A stretch of DNA of 64,000 nt from contig JAIOIE010000021.1 of NCBI GenBank assembly GCA_019912665.1, positions 135,679 to 199,678 on the forward strand. The letters run 5' to 3'. The position numbers and the translations under genes are program-made. A model generated the notes under the pieces. The model did no database searches, was not told the DNA's origin, and saw only the letters and a list, made by a program, of their open reading frames with translations. The stretch is from Deltaproteobacteria bacterium (GTDB lineage: Bacteria; Desulfobacterota; GWC2-55-46). Positions 10,377 through 20,157 of the stretch are shown in pieces. Each line of letters starts with the position of its first letter. The stretch's first letter is position 1.

Positions 10377-11957
10377 TCAACACACCCCGCACCGCGTGCA
10401 CTTTCCCACGATACACGGCGGAGTCGTCTTTCCGGCAAGCCCCTTCTGATACTCCTTCCAGAAATAGTCCTTATTGACCCCGTGGTCTATTATGTCCCAG
10501 GGTAATACTTCGTCCCTGCTTCTTGCATGGTATACCGACTCCATGATAAACCCCTCTTTCCCTTTTATCGCCCTCTTCCAGCCCTTTTGAGAAGCCGCCT
10601 CGATTATTTCTCCGGCCCTCCTGTCCGCCCTTGAAAGATAGGCCTGCACGAATGCCTCTTTTGCCGGCATGTCCCTCACGGTTATCCCAGCCTTCCCCAG
10701 GGCCTTATTCAAAGTCCGCTGTCTCCCCTCGATGACCTCAAGGGGGGCGAACGGGTGCCACTGGAAAGGGGTGCACGGCTTCGGGACAAAAGGATTGACG
10801 CTAAGGTTGACCTCCCCGCCCTTAAGCGCCTTTCTTATATTAATCGAAAGGTCGATTATGCCCTGGACGTCCTCGTCTGTCTCTCCGGGGAGGCCGAGCA
10901 TGAAATAGAGCCTTACCCTCCTGAACCCGGCCTCGCTTATGAGACGGACCGCCTCCATTATGTCCGCGTCCGTGATGCCTTTATTTATTATGTCCCTCAT
11001 CCGCTCGGTCCCGGCCTCGGGCGCAAGTGTCATGGTCCTGTAGCCGGCTTCCCTGAGTAGCGCAAGGAACTCTTCGTCAAGCTCATCCAGCCTGAGCGAT
11101 GAAAGTGTGACGGTCGTTTCCTTCCCAATGCCCTTTTTAAGGAGTTCCTTTATCTCCGGGTACTCGGAAACCGCCGCGCCGACAAGCCCCACCTTCCCGG
11201 CCCTTTCAATGCCTTCGTCCATAGCCTTTGCCACGGCCCCGCTTTCGCGCATCCGGGGCGGGAGGTACAGGAACCCTGCGGCGCAGAACCTGCACCCCTT
11301 GCCGCAGCCGCGCTCGACCTCCAGGCAATATGTCTCCTTGAACTCGGTATCGGGCGCATAGACGAAGCTACGCGGGACAGGGAGCCCGTTAACATCAACC
11401 GCCTTGGCCGCCTTTACAACGGGCTTTGCGCCCGGCCTGGGGCTTATCCCTGCTACGGCCGCCCCGTCATAGGTGAAATCATAAAAGGAGGGCACGTAGA
11501 CCCAGTCGAACGAGTCGAGTGCATCGAGCGTTTCTTCCCTGCCCCGGCCCAACTCAATTCCGTGCTTGAGCATACGAAGGACCGGCCCTAACACGCCCTC
11601 GGCCTCGCCTATCAGAAAGAAATCCACGAAGTCGGCAATCGGCTCAGGGTTTAGCGAAACCGCCACACCGCCCGCGGCTATAAGCGGCCCCTGCCCCTGC
11701 CTTTCAGCGGCCCTGGGGTTTATGCCGGCGAGCCTCAATATTCTTATGAAATTGGCGTAATCCTCTTCAAAGGGGATTGCGAAGGCTATTACGTCGAAAT
11801 CCGCTAACTGTTTCTGCGACTCGTAGGAGAGTAGCGTTGTAGCGGTCCTCTCATGTTCGAGGAGGGCGTCTTTATCGGGCAGGAAGGCCCTCTCGCATAC
11901 GCAGTCGTCTACATCGTTAGCTAGCATGTAGACCGACTGGAAGCCCAGGTTAGCCAT
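10377..11957 (-). CDS. B12-binding-domain radical SAM protein, a paralogue of the upstream gene lacking the DUF2344 part.
   Basis: 526 aa with the same motif set (YSVGMANLGFQSVYMLAN, CGKGCRFCAAG). The conserved N-terminal segment continues in frame upstream of the first ATG to about 12095 with no canonical start codon, so the start is uncertain. Confidence 0.75.
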   Translation of the reverse strand: MANLGFQSVYMLANDVDDCVCERAFLPDKDALLEHERTATTLLSYESQKQLADFDVIAFAIPFEEDYANFIRILRLAGINPRAAERQGQGPLIAAGGVAVSLNPEPIADFVDFFLIGEAEGVLGPVLRMLKHGIELGRGREETLDALDSFDWVYVPSFYDFTYDGAAVAGISPRPGAKPVVKAAKAVDVNGLPVPRSFVYAPDTEFKETYCLEVERGCGKGCRFCAAGFLYLPPRMRESGAVAKAMDEGIERAGKVGLVGAAVSEYPEIKELLKKGIGKETTVTLSSLRLDELDEEFLALLREAGYRTMTLAPEAGTERMRDIINKGITDADIMEAVRLISEAGFRRVRLYFMLGLPGETDEDVQGIIDLSINIRKALKGGEVNLSVNPFVPKPCTPFQWHPFAPLEVIEGRQRTLNKALGKAGITVRDMPAKEAFVQAYLSRADRRAGEIIEAASQKGWKRAIKGKEGFIMESVYHARSRDEVLPWDIIDHGVNKDYFWKEYQKGLAGKTTPPCIVGKCTRCGVC

Positions 11958-12270
11958 GCCGACGCTGTACGTGTTCGGATAGACGAGGGCAAGCCTCAGC
12001 TTTCCTCCGTGCTCCTTGTAGGCGGTCCCGCGCTCGATTGAGAGCGCCTCCCTTATCTTTTTTTTAATGGACCAGGATATTGTGCTGCCTCCGGGCGATA
12101 ATACAAAGCATCCTTGAAATTATCCCATAGCGGTGGCGGGTTTACAAGGCGGGAAGGAGGGCAGGCCGCGCCCTCTGGGAAAAGCAGGCGAGGGCGCGGC
12201 GAAAGAACCCGGAATCGATTCTGTCCTTTTCTTATTACGGCCACAGCCTCTTCCGGCGGGCAAACAGCAA

Positions 12271-12400
12271 CTCTGAAAATTAGAGATTTTTCCCGCAATC
12301 AAGGAAGGCCGGGAATAAAAAGCGGAGCATATATTAATAATATATGAGCATTTTTATTCCCGTAACTACGCAGAGTCCGGGAAAAAGATCAATTTTTAAG
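12271..12400 (+). repeat. Copy 2 (long form) of the three-copy intergenic repeat, immediately 3' of ftsZ.
   Basis: CTCTGAAAATTAGAGATTTTTCCCGCAATCAAGGAAGGCCGGGAATAAAAAGCGGAGCATATATTAATAATATATGAGCATTTTTATTCCCGTAACTACGCAGAGTCCGGGAAAAAGATCAATTTTT. Near-identical to 44136-44270. Confidence 0.8.
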
Positions 12401-12401
12401 G

Positions 12402-13568
12402 TCAGTCCGCCTGCTTCCGGAGGAACGTCGGCGTATCGTAAAGGTCCTCGTCGTCCACGTTGAAGCCGCCGAGCTTGCCGAGCCTCCTTATCTCCGTGCT
12501 CTTCAGCTCATAGCCGCCCCTGTCAAGGCCTTTCCTCAATACCGTCGGCACGTCGAGGTTGTCGTCGAGGACCATGGCAGGGGCGATCACCTCTTTTTGG
12601 CGGCCTTCCCTGCCGAAGCCGGTGGCGATAACCGTGACCCTGACCTCCTCGCCCATCGACTCGTCGATGACCGCGCCGAAAATGATGTTCGCGTCCTCGT
12701 GCGCCTCCTCGTGTATGAGGCTCGACGCCTCGTCAACGTCATGGATGGTCATGTCCGAGGAGCCGGTGATGTTTATGAGTATGCCCTTGGCGCCGCTGAT
12801 GGAGATGTCCTCGAGGAGAGGCGAGGAGATGGCCTTTCTTGCGGCCTCGGCGGCCCTGTTCTCGCCCCTTGCGGAGCCGCTTCCCATGAGGGCCTGCCCC
12901 ATCTCGGACATGATGGTGCGGACGTCGGCGAAATCCACGTTCACGAGCCCCGGGATGGTGATGACGTCGGATATTCCGCGTACGGCCTGCAGGAGCACCT
13001 CGTCGGCCCTCCTGAACGCGTCCTTGAGGGAGGTGTTCTTGTTCGCGACGGAAAGGAGCCTCTGGTTCGGGATGGTGATTACGGTATCGACGACTTCGCG
13101 GAGCCTTTTCAAGCCTTCCTCGGCCTGCCTCATCTTCTTCTGGCCCTCGAAGGCGAAGGGCTTGGTGACGACCGCGACCACTAGCGCGCCCGCTTCCCTC
13201 GCGGCCTCGGCGACTATGGGGCCCGCGCCGGTCCCTGTGCCCCCGCCCATTCCGGCGGTGACGAATACCATGTCCGCTCCCCGCACGGCCTCCATGAGAT
13301 GGTCCTTGCTCTCAAGGGCCGCGTTCCTGCCGACCTCGGGGTTTGCGCCCGCGCCGAGGCCCTTTGTGAGGCTTCCGCCGAGCTGCACCCTTATGCTTGC
13401 GAGTGATTTTTCGAGAGCCTGGCTGTCGGTATTGGCCGTCATAAACTCGACCCCGTCAAGACCGCTCTCTATCATGGTGTTCACGGCGTTCCCGCCGCAG
13501 CCCCCGACCCCGATGACCTTGAGTTTCGCGCCGCTGTTGAAGTTCTCGTCCATTTCAATCACCATCAA
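12402..13568 (-). CDS. ftsZ: Cell division GTPase FtsZ.
   Basis: 388 aa with the tubulin signature GGGTGTG, and N-terminal [18 protein letters not shown]. Confidence 0.96.
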   Translation of the reverse strand: MMVIEMDENFNSGAKLKVIGVGGCGGNAVNTMIESGLDGVEFMTANTDSQALEKSLASIRVQLGGSLTKGLGAGANPEVGRNAALESKDHLMEAVRGADMVFVTAGMGGGTGTGAGPIVAEAAREAGALVVAVVTKPFAFEGQKKMRQAEEGLKRLREVVDTVITIPNQRLLSVANKNTSLKDAFRRADEVLLQAVRGISDVITIPGLVNVDFADVRTIMSEMGQALMGSGSARGENRAAEAARKAISSPLLEDISISGAKGILINITGSSDMTIHDVDEASSLIHEEAHEDANIIFGAVIDESMGEEVRVTVIATGFGREGRQKEVIAPAMVLDDNLDVPTVLRKGLDRGGYELKSTEIRRLGKLGGFNVDDEDLYDTPTFLRKQAD

Positions 13569-13707
13569 CCACCTCCTTGAATATCCGCCGCCGAGAGTAT
13601 TTTATAAACCGTTCCGATCCGTCCGCGCCCTTAAGGATTACTGAAAAGCCTGTTGGGGGAAACTTTTTACAAAAAGGTTCCCTCAAGAGTCTTTTCAGTA
13701 AATCTCT

Positions 13708-14946
13708 TTAGAAGAACTCCTTCATCCAGCCTTTCATCCTCGTTGAGAGCTTGTTGAAGAGGGTGCTGTCGGAGCCCCTCATGAACTGGGTGCCGTTAAG
13801 GTGCCTGCCTCCGTAGAGGACGAGACCCACGCCCGTCGAGTACATGGGGCCCTTCACCACGTCCACGAGCCCGGTTATCCCGATGGGGAGCCCCCGCCTC
13901 ACCGGGAGGTTGAAGACCTGCTCCGCGAGCTCGGTTATGCCTTCCATCGCGGCCGTACCGCCCGTGAGGACGACCCCCGAGGAGACCAGGTTCTCGTACC
14001 CGGACTTCATTATCTCGCGCTTTACGAGCTGGAATATCTCCTCTATCCTCGGCTCGATTATCTCGCAAAGCATGTACCTGGAGACGGTCTTCGAGGTGTT
14101 CCCGCCGACGCTCTGGACCTCCATGACGTCGTCCCTCGATACCATGGCGGTCATGGCGCACCCGTGCTCGCGCTTGAGCTTCTCCGCCTCGTTCGCGGTA
14201 GTGCGCAATCCAACGGAGATGTCGCCCGTGACCTGATTTCCGCCGAGTGAAATTACCGTAGTATACTTTATTGTGCCGCCGTGGTAAAGGGCAATGTCGG
14301 TCGTTCCGCCGCCTATGTCGACCAGCACGACGCCTATCTCCCTCTCATCGGGATTGAGGACCGCCTCGCTCGACGCTATCTGCTGGAGCGCGATGTCCGC
14401 GACGTCGAGCCCGGCCTTGTTCGCGCATTTTACGATGTTCTGCGCGGAGGTGACCGCGGCCGTGACTATGTGCACCTTCACCTCGAGCCGTATCCCTATC
14501 ATGCCCAGCGGCTCCTGTATGCCCTCCTGGTCGTCCACTATGTATTCCTGGGGGATGACGTGTATCACCTCCCTGTCAGGGGGTATGACGACCGCCTGGG
14601 CCGCCTCTATCACGCGGTCTATGTCGGCCTGGTTTATCTCCCTGTTCTTTATCGCGATGACGCCGTGGCTGTTGAAGGCGCGTATGTGGCCGCCGGCTAT
14701 GCCGCAGTAGACCCTGTTTATCTCGCACCCGGCCATGAGCTCTGCCTCTTCAACCGCCTTCCGGATGGACTCGACCGTGCTCTCGATATTCACGACCACG
14801 CCCTTACGGAGCCCCTTGGAGGGGTGGGTGCCTATCCCGATTATCTCGACCCCCTCCCGGGTCTTCTCGCCCACTATGGCGCAGATCTTGGTCGTGCCTA
14901 TGTCGAGCCCGACGATTATGTTATCCCTTTTCGCCATTCGCCTCAC
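13708..14946 (-). CDS. ftsA: Cell division protein FtsA.
   Basis: 412 aa actin-fold ATPase (IIVGLDIGTTKICAIVGE...DIGGGTTDIALY). Immediately upstream of ftsZ. Confidence 0.95.
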   Translation of the reverse strand: MRRMAKRDNIIVGLDIGTTKICAIVGEKTREGVEIIGIGTHPSKGLRKGVVVNIESTVESIRKAVEEAELMAGCEINRVYCGIAGGHIRAFNSHGVIAIKNREINQADIDRVIEAAQAVVIPPDREVIHVIPQEYIVDDQEGIQEPLGMIGIRLEVKVHIVTAAVTSAQNIVKCANKAGLDVADIALQQIASSEAVLNPDEREIGVVLVDIGGGTTDIALYHGGTIKYTTVISLGGNQVTGDISVGLRTTANEAEKLKREHGCAMTAMVSRDDVMEVQSVGGNTSKTVSRYMLCEIIEPRIEEIFQLVKREIMKSGYENLVSSGVVLTGGTAAMEGITELAEQVFNLPVRRGLPIGITGLVDVVKGPMYSTGVGLVLYGGRHLNGTQFMRGSDSTLFNKLSTRMKGWMKEFF

Positions 14947-15760
14947 CGCCTCTCTTTACAACGTCGGTTGCGAACCTCACCACCACCTCGCGGTGGTTGT
15001 TGAGGTCGAAAGCCTCTATGCCCCGGAGCACCCCGTCTCTTGTCCCGAGTATCCTCTCGAAGGAGAGGAGCTTCTCCTCGAACCCGTCCAGGCCTACATC
15101 GAGCCTCACACCTTCGTCGAGCGTGAATATCGAAAGCCCGTGCGCCGGGTCGACGCTTATCTCCGATACGCCTGTTATATTGAAACCGCTCCGGTTATTC
15201 AACAAAGATATGAGCTCAAGGAGACTGCCTTCTATCTCGTCTTCTTTCTCTCCAAGCCTCTCGGGAAGGAAGCCGGTCACGACCGGGAGATCAAGCCCCT
15301 CGTCCTCCGCCGAGTACCTCTTGAATATTATCCCGCGCGCGTCCATAAGGTACAAACCGTCCGTCTTTACGAATACCGCGGGCCGCCTCTCGGTTATCTC
15401 TATAACGACCTTGTCCGGGAGCTTTCTGTCGATACTCGCGGACTCTATCCAGGCGTTGGCCTTCAGGCTCGATATGACCTGGTCCTTGGAGAAAGAGAAG
15501 AGGTTCTGCCCCTCCTTGAGGCCTGAAAGCCCTATTACCTCCTCTTCCGTGACCCTCTCCGCTCCTGTTACGCTTATGCCGCTTATGCTGAAATAGCCGG
15601 AGGTCATAAGCTTCCCATGCGCCCACCATGAGCCGAAGGCGAGAAGCGGGAGGGGGAGCGCGAAGGCAAGGACCCTCAAGGTCTTCCTTACAGCGCGGTC
15701 GGCCCGAAGCCTGAAGGGCTCCTTAAGCCTTCTGTTCCTTTTTTTGATTACCCTCTTCAT
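14921..15760 (-). CDS. ftsQ: Cell division protein FtsQ/DivIB.
   Basis: 279 aa with a basic N-terminus, one TM and a POTRA-like region. Position between ddl and ftsA. Confidence 0.8.
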   Translation of the reverse strand: MKRVIKKRNRRLKEPFRLRADRAVRKTLRVLAFALPLPLLAFGSWWAHGKLMTSGYFSISGISVTGAERVTEEEVIGLSGLKEGQNLFSFSKDQVISSLKANAWIESASIDRKLPDKVVIEITERRPAVFVKTDGLYLMDARGIIFKRYSAEDEGLDLPVVTGFLPERLGEKEDEIEGSLLELISLLNNRSGFNITGVSEISVDPAHGLSIFTLDEGVRLDVGLDGFEEKLLSFERILGTRDGVLRGIEAFDLNNHREVVVRFATDVVKRGGEANGEKG

Positions 15761-16677
15761 CAGTACTTATCCAGCCCCGCGCCCTTCAATATCTCCTCGA
15801 CCAGAGCGGGGTAATCCATGCCGGCCGCCTCGGCAGCCCTCGGAAGGAGGCTCAACTCGGTCATACCCGGGACCGTGTTAACCTCCAGCACATAAGGGGT
15901 ACCGTTTCCGCCGAGCATCAAATCCACCCTGGCAGCGCCCGAGCACCCGAGCGCCCGGTATGCGGCAAGCGCCTCTTTGGCCGCCCTTTTATCTACCGCC
16001 TTCGCAATCGGCGCAGGGACCAGGAAATCGGTCATACCCTTCGTGTACTTGGCCTTGTAATCGTAAAAGCCGCCCTTTCTGGGCCTTATCTCTATGGTCG
16101 GAAGGGCCGTGCCGTCCAGTATGCCTATCGTAAGCTCTCTTCCTTCTATGTACTTCTCGACGAGCACGCCGCCGCGGAAGCTTTCTGCAAGCTCCAGGGC
16201 CTTTTTAAGCCCGGACCTTCCCTTTACGATGCTTACGCCTATTGCCGAGCCCTGGCACGCGGGCTTTACGACGAGCGGAGGCCTTAGCGTAACCGCGCCC
16301 TTGCCGCTATAGACGAGAGACTTCGGGGTAGACACGCCGTGGCTCTCCATCACCTTCTTGGCGACTACCTTGTCCATCGCCATGGCAGAGGCCCTTACGC
16401 CCGAGCCGGTGTATGGTATGCCCATTACCTCGAGGAGGCCCTGCACGCAGCCGTCCTCCCCGTGGCGGCCGTGAAGCGCTATGAATGCCACATCTATCTT
16501 CCCGGCCCTGAGCTTCGCCGGGAGGTCTTTGCCCGCGTCGATTGCAACGGCCCTGTAACCCTTTTCAAGGAGCGCGCCCAGGACGGCACTGCCTGTTTTG
16601 AGGGAAATCTCCCTCTCCTCGGAGGTCCCGCCCATGAGGACGCCTATCTTCTTCTTTTTCAGTATCCCGGGCCTCAA
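15760..16677 (-). CDS. ddl: D-alanine--D-alanine ligase.
   Basis: 305 aa ATP-grasp fold (IGVLMGGTSEEREISL...HGRHGEDGCVQGLLE...LEVNTVPGMT). Confidence 0.93.
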   Translation of the reverse strand: MRPGILKKKKIGVLMGGTSEEREISLKTGSAVLGALLEKGYRAVAIDAGKDLPAKLRAGKIDVAFIALHGRHGEDGCVQGLLEVMGIPYTGSGVRASAMAMDKVVAKKVMESHGVSTPKSLVYSGKGAVTLRPPLVVKPACQGSAIGVSIVKGRSGLKKALELAESFRGGVLVEKYIEGRELTIGILDGTALPTIEIRPRKGGFYDYKAKYTKGMTDFLVPAPIAKAVDKRAAKEALAAYRALGCSGAARVDLMLGGNGTPYVLEVNTVPGMTELSLLPRAAEAAGMDYPALVEEILKGAGLDKY

Positions 16678-16680
16678 GGC

Positions 16681-17622
16681 CTAATCCTCCCCTATTACCT
16701 TTATCTCGGGCTCGAGCACGATGCCCTTCGAGCTAAAGACCCTGTCCCTTATGAGCGCCATGAGCGTGAGCACGTCCTTTGCCTTTGCCCCGCCGGTATT
16801 CACTATGTAGTTTGCGTGCGCCTCGGAGACCATGGCCCCGCCCGAGCGCTCGCCCTTCAAGCCCGCCTCCTCTATGAGCTTCCCGGCTATCTTGCCCTCG
16901 GGGTTCTTGAATATGGAGCCCGCGTTCGGGGAATGGATCGCGCTCGAGGCCTTTCTCCTCTCCCTGAACTCCGCCATCCTCCCCTTTATCTCCTCGGGGT
17001 CGCTCTTCCGGAAACGCATATGGGCCCTTGTGACTATCGCCCCCTTCGGGAGCTCGGCCCTCCTGTATGAAAAATTGAGCTCGCTTTTTGGAATGAAGCC
17101 CTTCTGCCCCTTCCTGCCTATCACCTCTATGCCTTCGACCACATCGGCCATCTCGCCGCCGTATGCGCCGGCGTTCATCATTACCGCGCCGCCCACTGTC
17201 CCGGGGATGTTGACCGCGAATTCGAGCCCGGAAAAGCCCCTGTCCCTGGCCTGCGTAACGAGCTCCGGAAGCTTCACCCCGGCTCCGACGATGGCCTTGC
17301 CGTCGTCGAGCCAGCTCGTGTCCTTGAAGCCCTCGCACATATTTACTACTATGCCCCGCACGCCGCCGTCCCTCACGAGGAGGTTCGTGCCCGCGCCAAG
17401 TACGTGGAACTGGAAGCCCTTGGACTCGGCAAAGGCAACGAGGTCCTTAAGGTCTCCCTCGTCCTGCGGGAAGGCCATGACGTCAGCCGGGCCGCCTATC
17501 CTGAACGAAGTGTGCTCGCTCATGGGCACGTTGAAAAGCACCTTGCCCTTGAAGCGCTGTATGAAGAATAACGAATACTGCATGGAATTCCTGTCTTCCC
17601 CCTTGCTCCTTCCGGCCTGCAC
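16681..17622 (-). CDS. murB: UDP-N-acetylenolpyruvoylglucosamine reductase.
   Basis: FAD-binding MurB fold (FRIGGPADV...GAGTNLLVRDGG...GLEFAVNIPGTVGGAVMMNAGAYG). The true start is probably the internal MQYSLFF. Confidence 0.9.
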   Translation of the reverse strand: MQAGRSKGEDRNSMQYSLFFIQRFKGKVLFNVPMSEHTSFRIGGPADVMAFPQDEGDLKDLVAFAESKGFQFHVLGAGTNLLVRDGGVRGIVVNMCEGFKDTSWLDDGKAIVGAGVKLPELVTQARDRGFSGLEFAVNIPGTVGGAVMMNAGAYGGEMADVVEGIEVIGRKGQKGFIPKSELNFSYRRAELPKGAIVTRAHMRFRKSDPEEIKGRMAEFRERRKASSAIHSPNAGSIFKNPEGKIAGKLIEEAGLKGERSGGAMVSEAHANYIVNTGGAKAKDVLTLMALIRDRVFSSKGIVLEPEIKVIGED

Positions 17623-17624
17623 GG

Positions 17625-19010
17625 CTACGCGCCCGCCCTGCTCTTAAGCGTATTTACGAATGCCACCCCGGCCTTCCAGACGTCGCCGGCCCCGAGCGTT
17701 ATGACCATGTCTCCGGGCTCGACTACGCCGGATAGATGCTCCGGGAGCTTCGCTATATCGGGGACGTATGATACGTCCTTGTGGCCGTAGGCCTTTACGC
17801 CCTTATAGAGCGCTTCGCCCGATGCGCCCTCGATCCTTTCCTCGCCAGCTGGATAGACCTCGGTGATAATTAGCTTCTCCGCGTCGTTGAAGGCGGAGAG
17901 GAACTCGTCAAAGAGGTCCCTGGTCCTCGTGAACCTGTGCGGCTGGAATACGGCCACGACCCTCCTCGTCCAGCCACTTCTCGCGGCCTTGAGGACCGCC
18001 TTAATCTCCTCGGGGTGGTGCCCGTAGTCGTCGACCACGGTTATACCGGCGGCCTCTCCCCTCAAGTGGAAACGCCTTTCAACGCCGGTAAATCCTTCGA
18101 GCCCGGCCTTTATCCTCTCGAAAGGTATCTCGAGCTCCCTTGCCACGGCGACCGCCGCAAGCGAGTTGTAGACGTTGTGCTCGCCCGGCATATTGAGAGT
18201 TATCTCTCCCAGGCGCGTGCCGCCGTTCCAGACCTCGAAAGAGGTCCTCATGCCGTCCGGCGTTATCTTCTTCGCGTGGAAGTCGGCCTGGGCCGTGAGC
18301 CCGTAGGACCTGAACCTCCTCGTTATCTTCGGTATGAGCCCCTGTATGACCGGATGGTCCAGGCATATGACCGCGCACCCGTAGAAGGGGACCTTGTTCA
18401 TGAAATTGAGGAACGCGCCCCTGACCTCCTCCATGTCGCGGTAGTGGTCCATGTGCTCCCTGTCGATGTTCGTGACGACGGCTATGGTGGGCGAAAGCTT
18501 AAGGAAGCTCCCGTCGCTCTCGTCAGCCTCGGCCACGAGGAAGTCCCCGCCCCCGAGCTTCGCGTTCGCGCCGAGACTATTGAGCTTCCCGCCCGTGACA
18601 ATGGTCGGGTCCATGTTCGCCGCCGCGAGTATCATCGATACCATCGAGGTCGTCGTGGTCTTCCCATGCGTGCCGGCTATGGCTATCCCATACTTCATCC
18701 GCATGAGCTCGGCGAGCATTTCGGCCCTGGGGATTATGGGTATCTGGCGGGATTCGGCCTCCCTTATCTCCGGGTTCTCCTTTTTCACGGCAGAGGAATA
18801 GACGACGCAGTCGGAGCCGACGACGTTTTCTTCCCTGTGGCCTATAAAAATGGTCACGCCCAGGCTTTTTAGCCTCCTCGTGGTCTCGCTCTCGGCGAGG
18901 TCCGAGCCGGTCACCTTGTACCCCATATTAACGAGGACCTCGGCGATGCCGTTCATGCCGCTCCCGCCGACCCCTATGAAATGTATCTTCTTTATCCTGC
19001 CCCTGTACAC
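17625..19010 (-). CDS. murC: UDP-N-acetylmuramate--L-alanine ligase.
   Basis: 461 aa ([18 protein letters not shown]...[12 protein letters not shown]). Mur ligase family, at the canonical position. Confidence 0.93.
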   Translation of the reverse strand: MYRGRIKKIHFIGVGGSGMNGIAEVLVNMGYKVTGSDLAESETTRRLKSLGVTIFIGHREENVVGSDCVVYSSAVKKENPEIREAESRQIPIIPRAEMLAELMRMKYGIAIAGTHGKTTTTSMVSMILAAANMDPTIVTGGKLNSLGANAKLGGGDFLVAEADESDGSFLKLSPTIAVVTNIDREHMDHYRDMEEVRGAFLNFMNKVPFYGCAVICLDHPVIQGLIPKITRRFRSYGLTAQADFHAKKITPDGMRTSFEVWNGGTRLGEITLNMPGEHNVYNSLAAVAVARELEIPFERIKAGLEGFTGVERRFHLRGEAAGITVVDDYGHHPEEIKAVLKAARSGWTRRVVAVFQPHRFTRTRDLFDEFLSAFNDAEKLIITEVYPAGEERIEGASGEALYKGVKAYGHKDVSYVPDIAKLPEHLSGVVEPGDMVITLGAGDVWKAGVAFVNTLKSRAGA

Positions 19011-19033
19011 CGCTTCACCTCTGCTTGGCGCCT

Positions 19034-20152
19034 TTAAGCCGCCCCTTGTGGTAGTAGTCTCAAGAAGTTTTCCGCTATTTCCTGCGCGGCCCTGGGCCTG
19101 CCCATTGCCTTCGACCTTTCCCGCATGAGCCTCAATGCCTGGCGGTCGTAGTAGAGCCTTTTTATGGCCTCGGCGAGTGTGGCGCCCGTAAGCTTGTCCT
19201 GCCTTATCATCACCGCGGCCCCGGCCTTCTCAAGGCACCCGGCGTTAACGGCCTGATGGTCGTCCGACGCGAAGGGATATGGTATCAGTATGGCCGCGAG
19301 CCCCGATGCAGTTATCTCCGCAAGCGACGTCGCGCCGGCCCTGCATACCACGAGGTCAGCGGAGCTGTAGGCGGCCCCCATGTCCTCTATGAATACCGAG
19401 ACCTCGGCCTTGAGGTTCTTTCTCCTGTAAGCGGCGACTACCGCATCGTAGCCTTCCTTCCCGGTCTGGTGCGCTATCCTGAGGCCGCTCCATATGTCGG
19501 CCAGGAACTCTATGGCGTCCAGGAAGGCTGCGTTGATGGCCGTAGCGCCCTGGCTCCCGCCGAAAACGAGTATCGAGAACTTGTCCGCTACCCTCCTGTC
19601 CTCGAGCTTCCTTACGATATCCCTTCGCACCGGGTTGCCGCTCAATATCGTGCGCCCGCCCGGGAAGTACCTCCTCGATTCCTCGAATGAGATGTAGACC
19701 CTGTCAACGAACCTGCCGAGGACCCTGTTCGTGAGCCCAGGGAGCGCGTTCTGCTCCAATATGGCCGTCCTTATCCCCAAGAGCCTCGCCGCGGTCACGA
19801 CCGGCGCCGACGAATAGCTCCCGCTCCCTATCACCCCGTCCGGCCTCATTGAGCGGAAGTGCCGGAGCGCCTCCATCGTGGACCTCGCGGCCTTTACGAC
19901 CGCCCTTATCCGCCCGAACCCCTTCCTCCTCTTCAAGCCCTCGACGTTGAAGACCTTTAGCGGGTAGCCGTATTTCGGGACGACCTTCTCCTCCAGCCCG
20001 CCCCTGCCGCCCATAAAGGTTATGTCTATGCCGGGGTCCCTGCGCCTGAACTCCTCGGCGAGTGCGATGGCTGGAAAAAGGTGGCCGCCGGTCCCGCCGC
20101 CCGCGAAGACAAGCCTTAATCCCTTTTTTTCCCTTCCTTCCCGGCGCTCCAT
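19034..20152 (-). CDS. murG: Undecaprenyldiphospho-muramoylpentapeptide beta-N-acetylglucosaminyltransferase.
   Basis: 372 aa ([17 protein letters not shown]...), GT28 family. Confidence 0.93.
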   Translation of the reverse strand: MERREGREKKGLRLVFAGGGTGGHLFPAIALAEEFRRRDPGIDITFMGGRGGLEEKVVPKYGYPLKVFNVEGLKRRKGFGRIRAVVKAARSTMEALRHFRSMRPDGVIGSGSYSSAPVVTAARLLGIRTAILEQNALPGLTNRVLGRFVDRVYISFEESRRYFPGGRTILSGNPVRRDIVRKLEDRRVADKFSILVFGGSQGATAINAAFLDAIEFLADIWSGLRIAHQTGKEGYDAVVAAYRRKNLKAEVSVFIEDMGAAYSSADLVVCRAGATSLAEITASGLAAILIPYPFASDDHQAVNAGCLEKAGAAVMIRQDKLTGATLAEAIKRLYYDRQALRLMRERSKAMGRPRAAQEIAENFLRLLPQGAA

Positions 20153-20157
20153 CCCCC

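Noticed and set aside
12559-13644. 361-aa plus-strand ORF (also 12597-13184).
   Set aside because: It runs antisense to ftsZ and gives a Ser/Thr/Pro/Ala-rich low-complexity translation, typical of the open antisense frame in GC-rich coding DNA.
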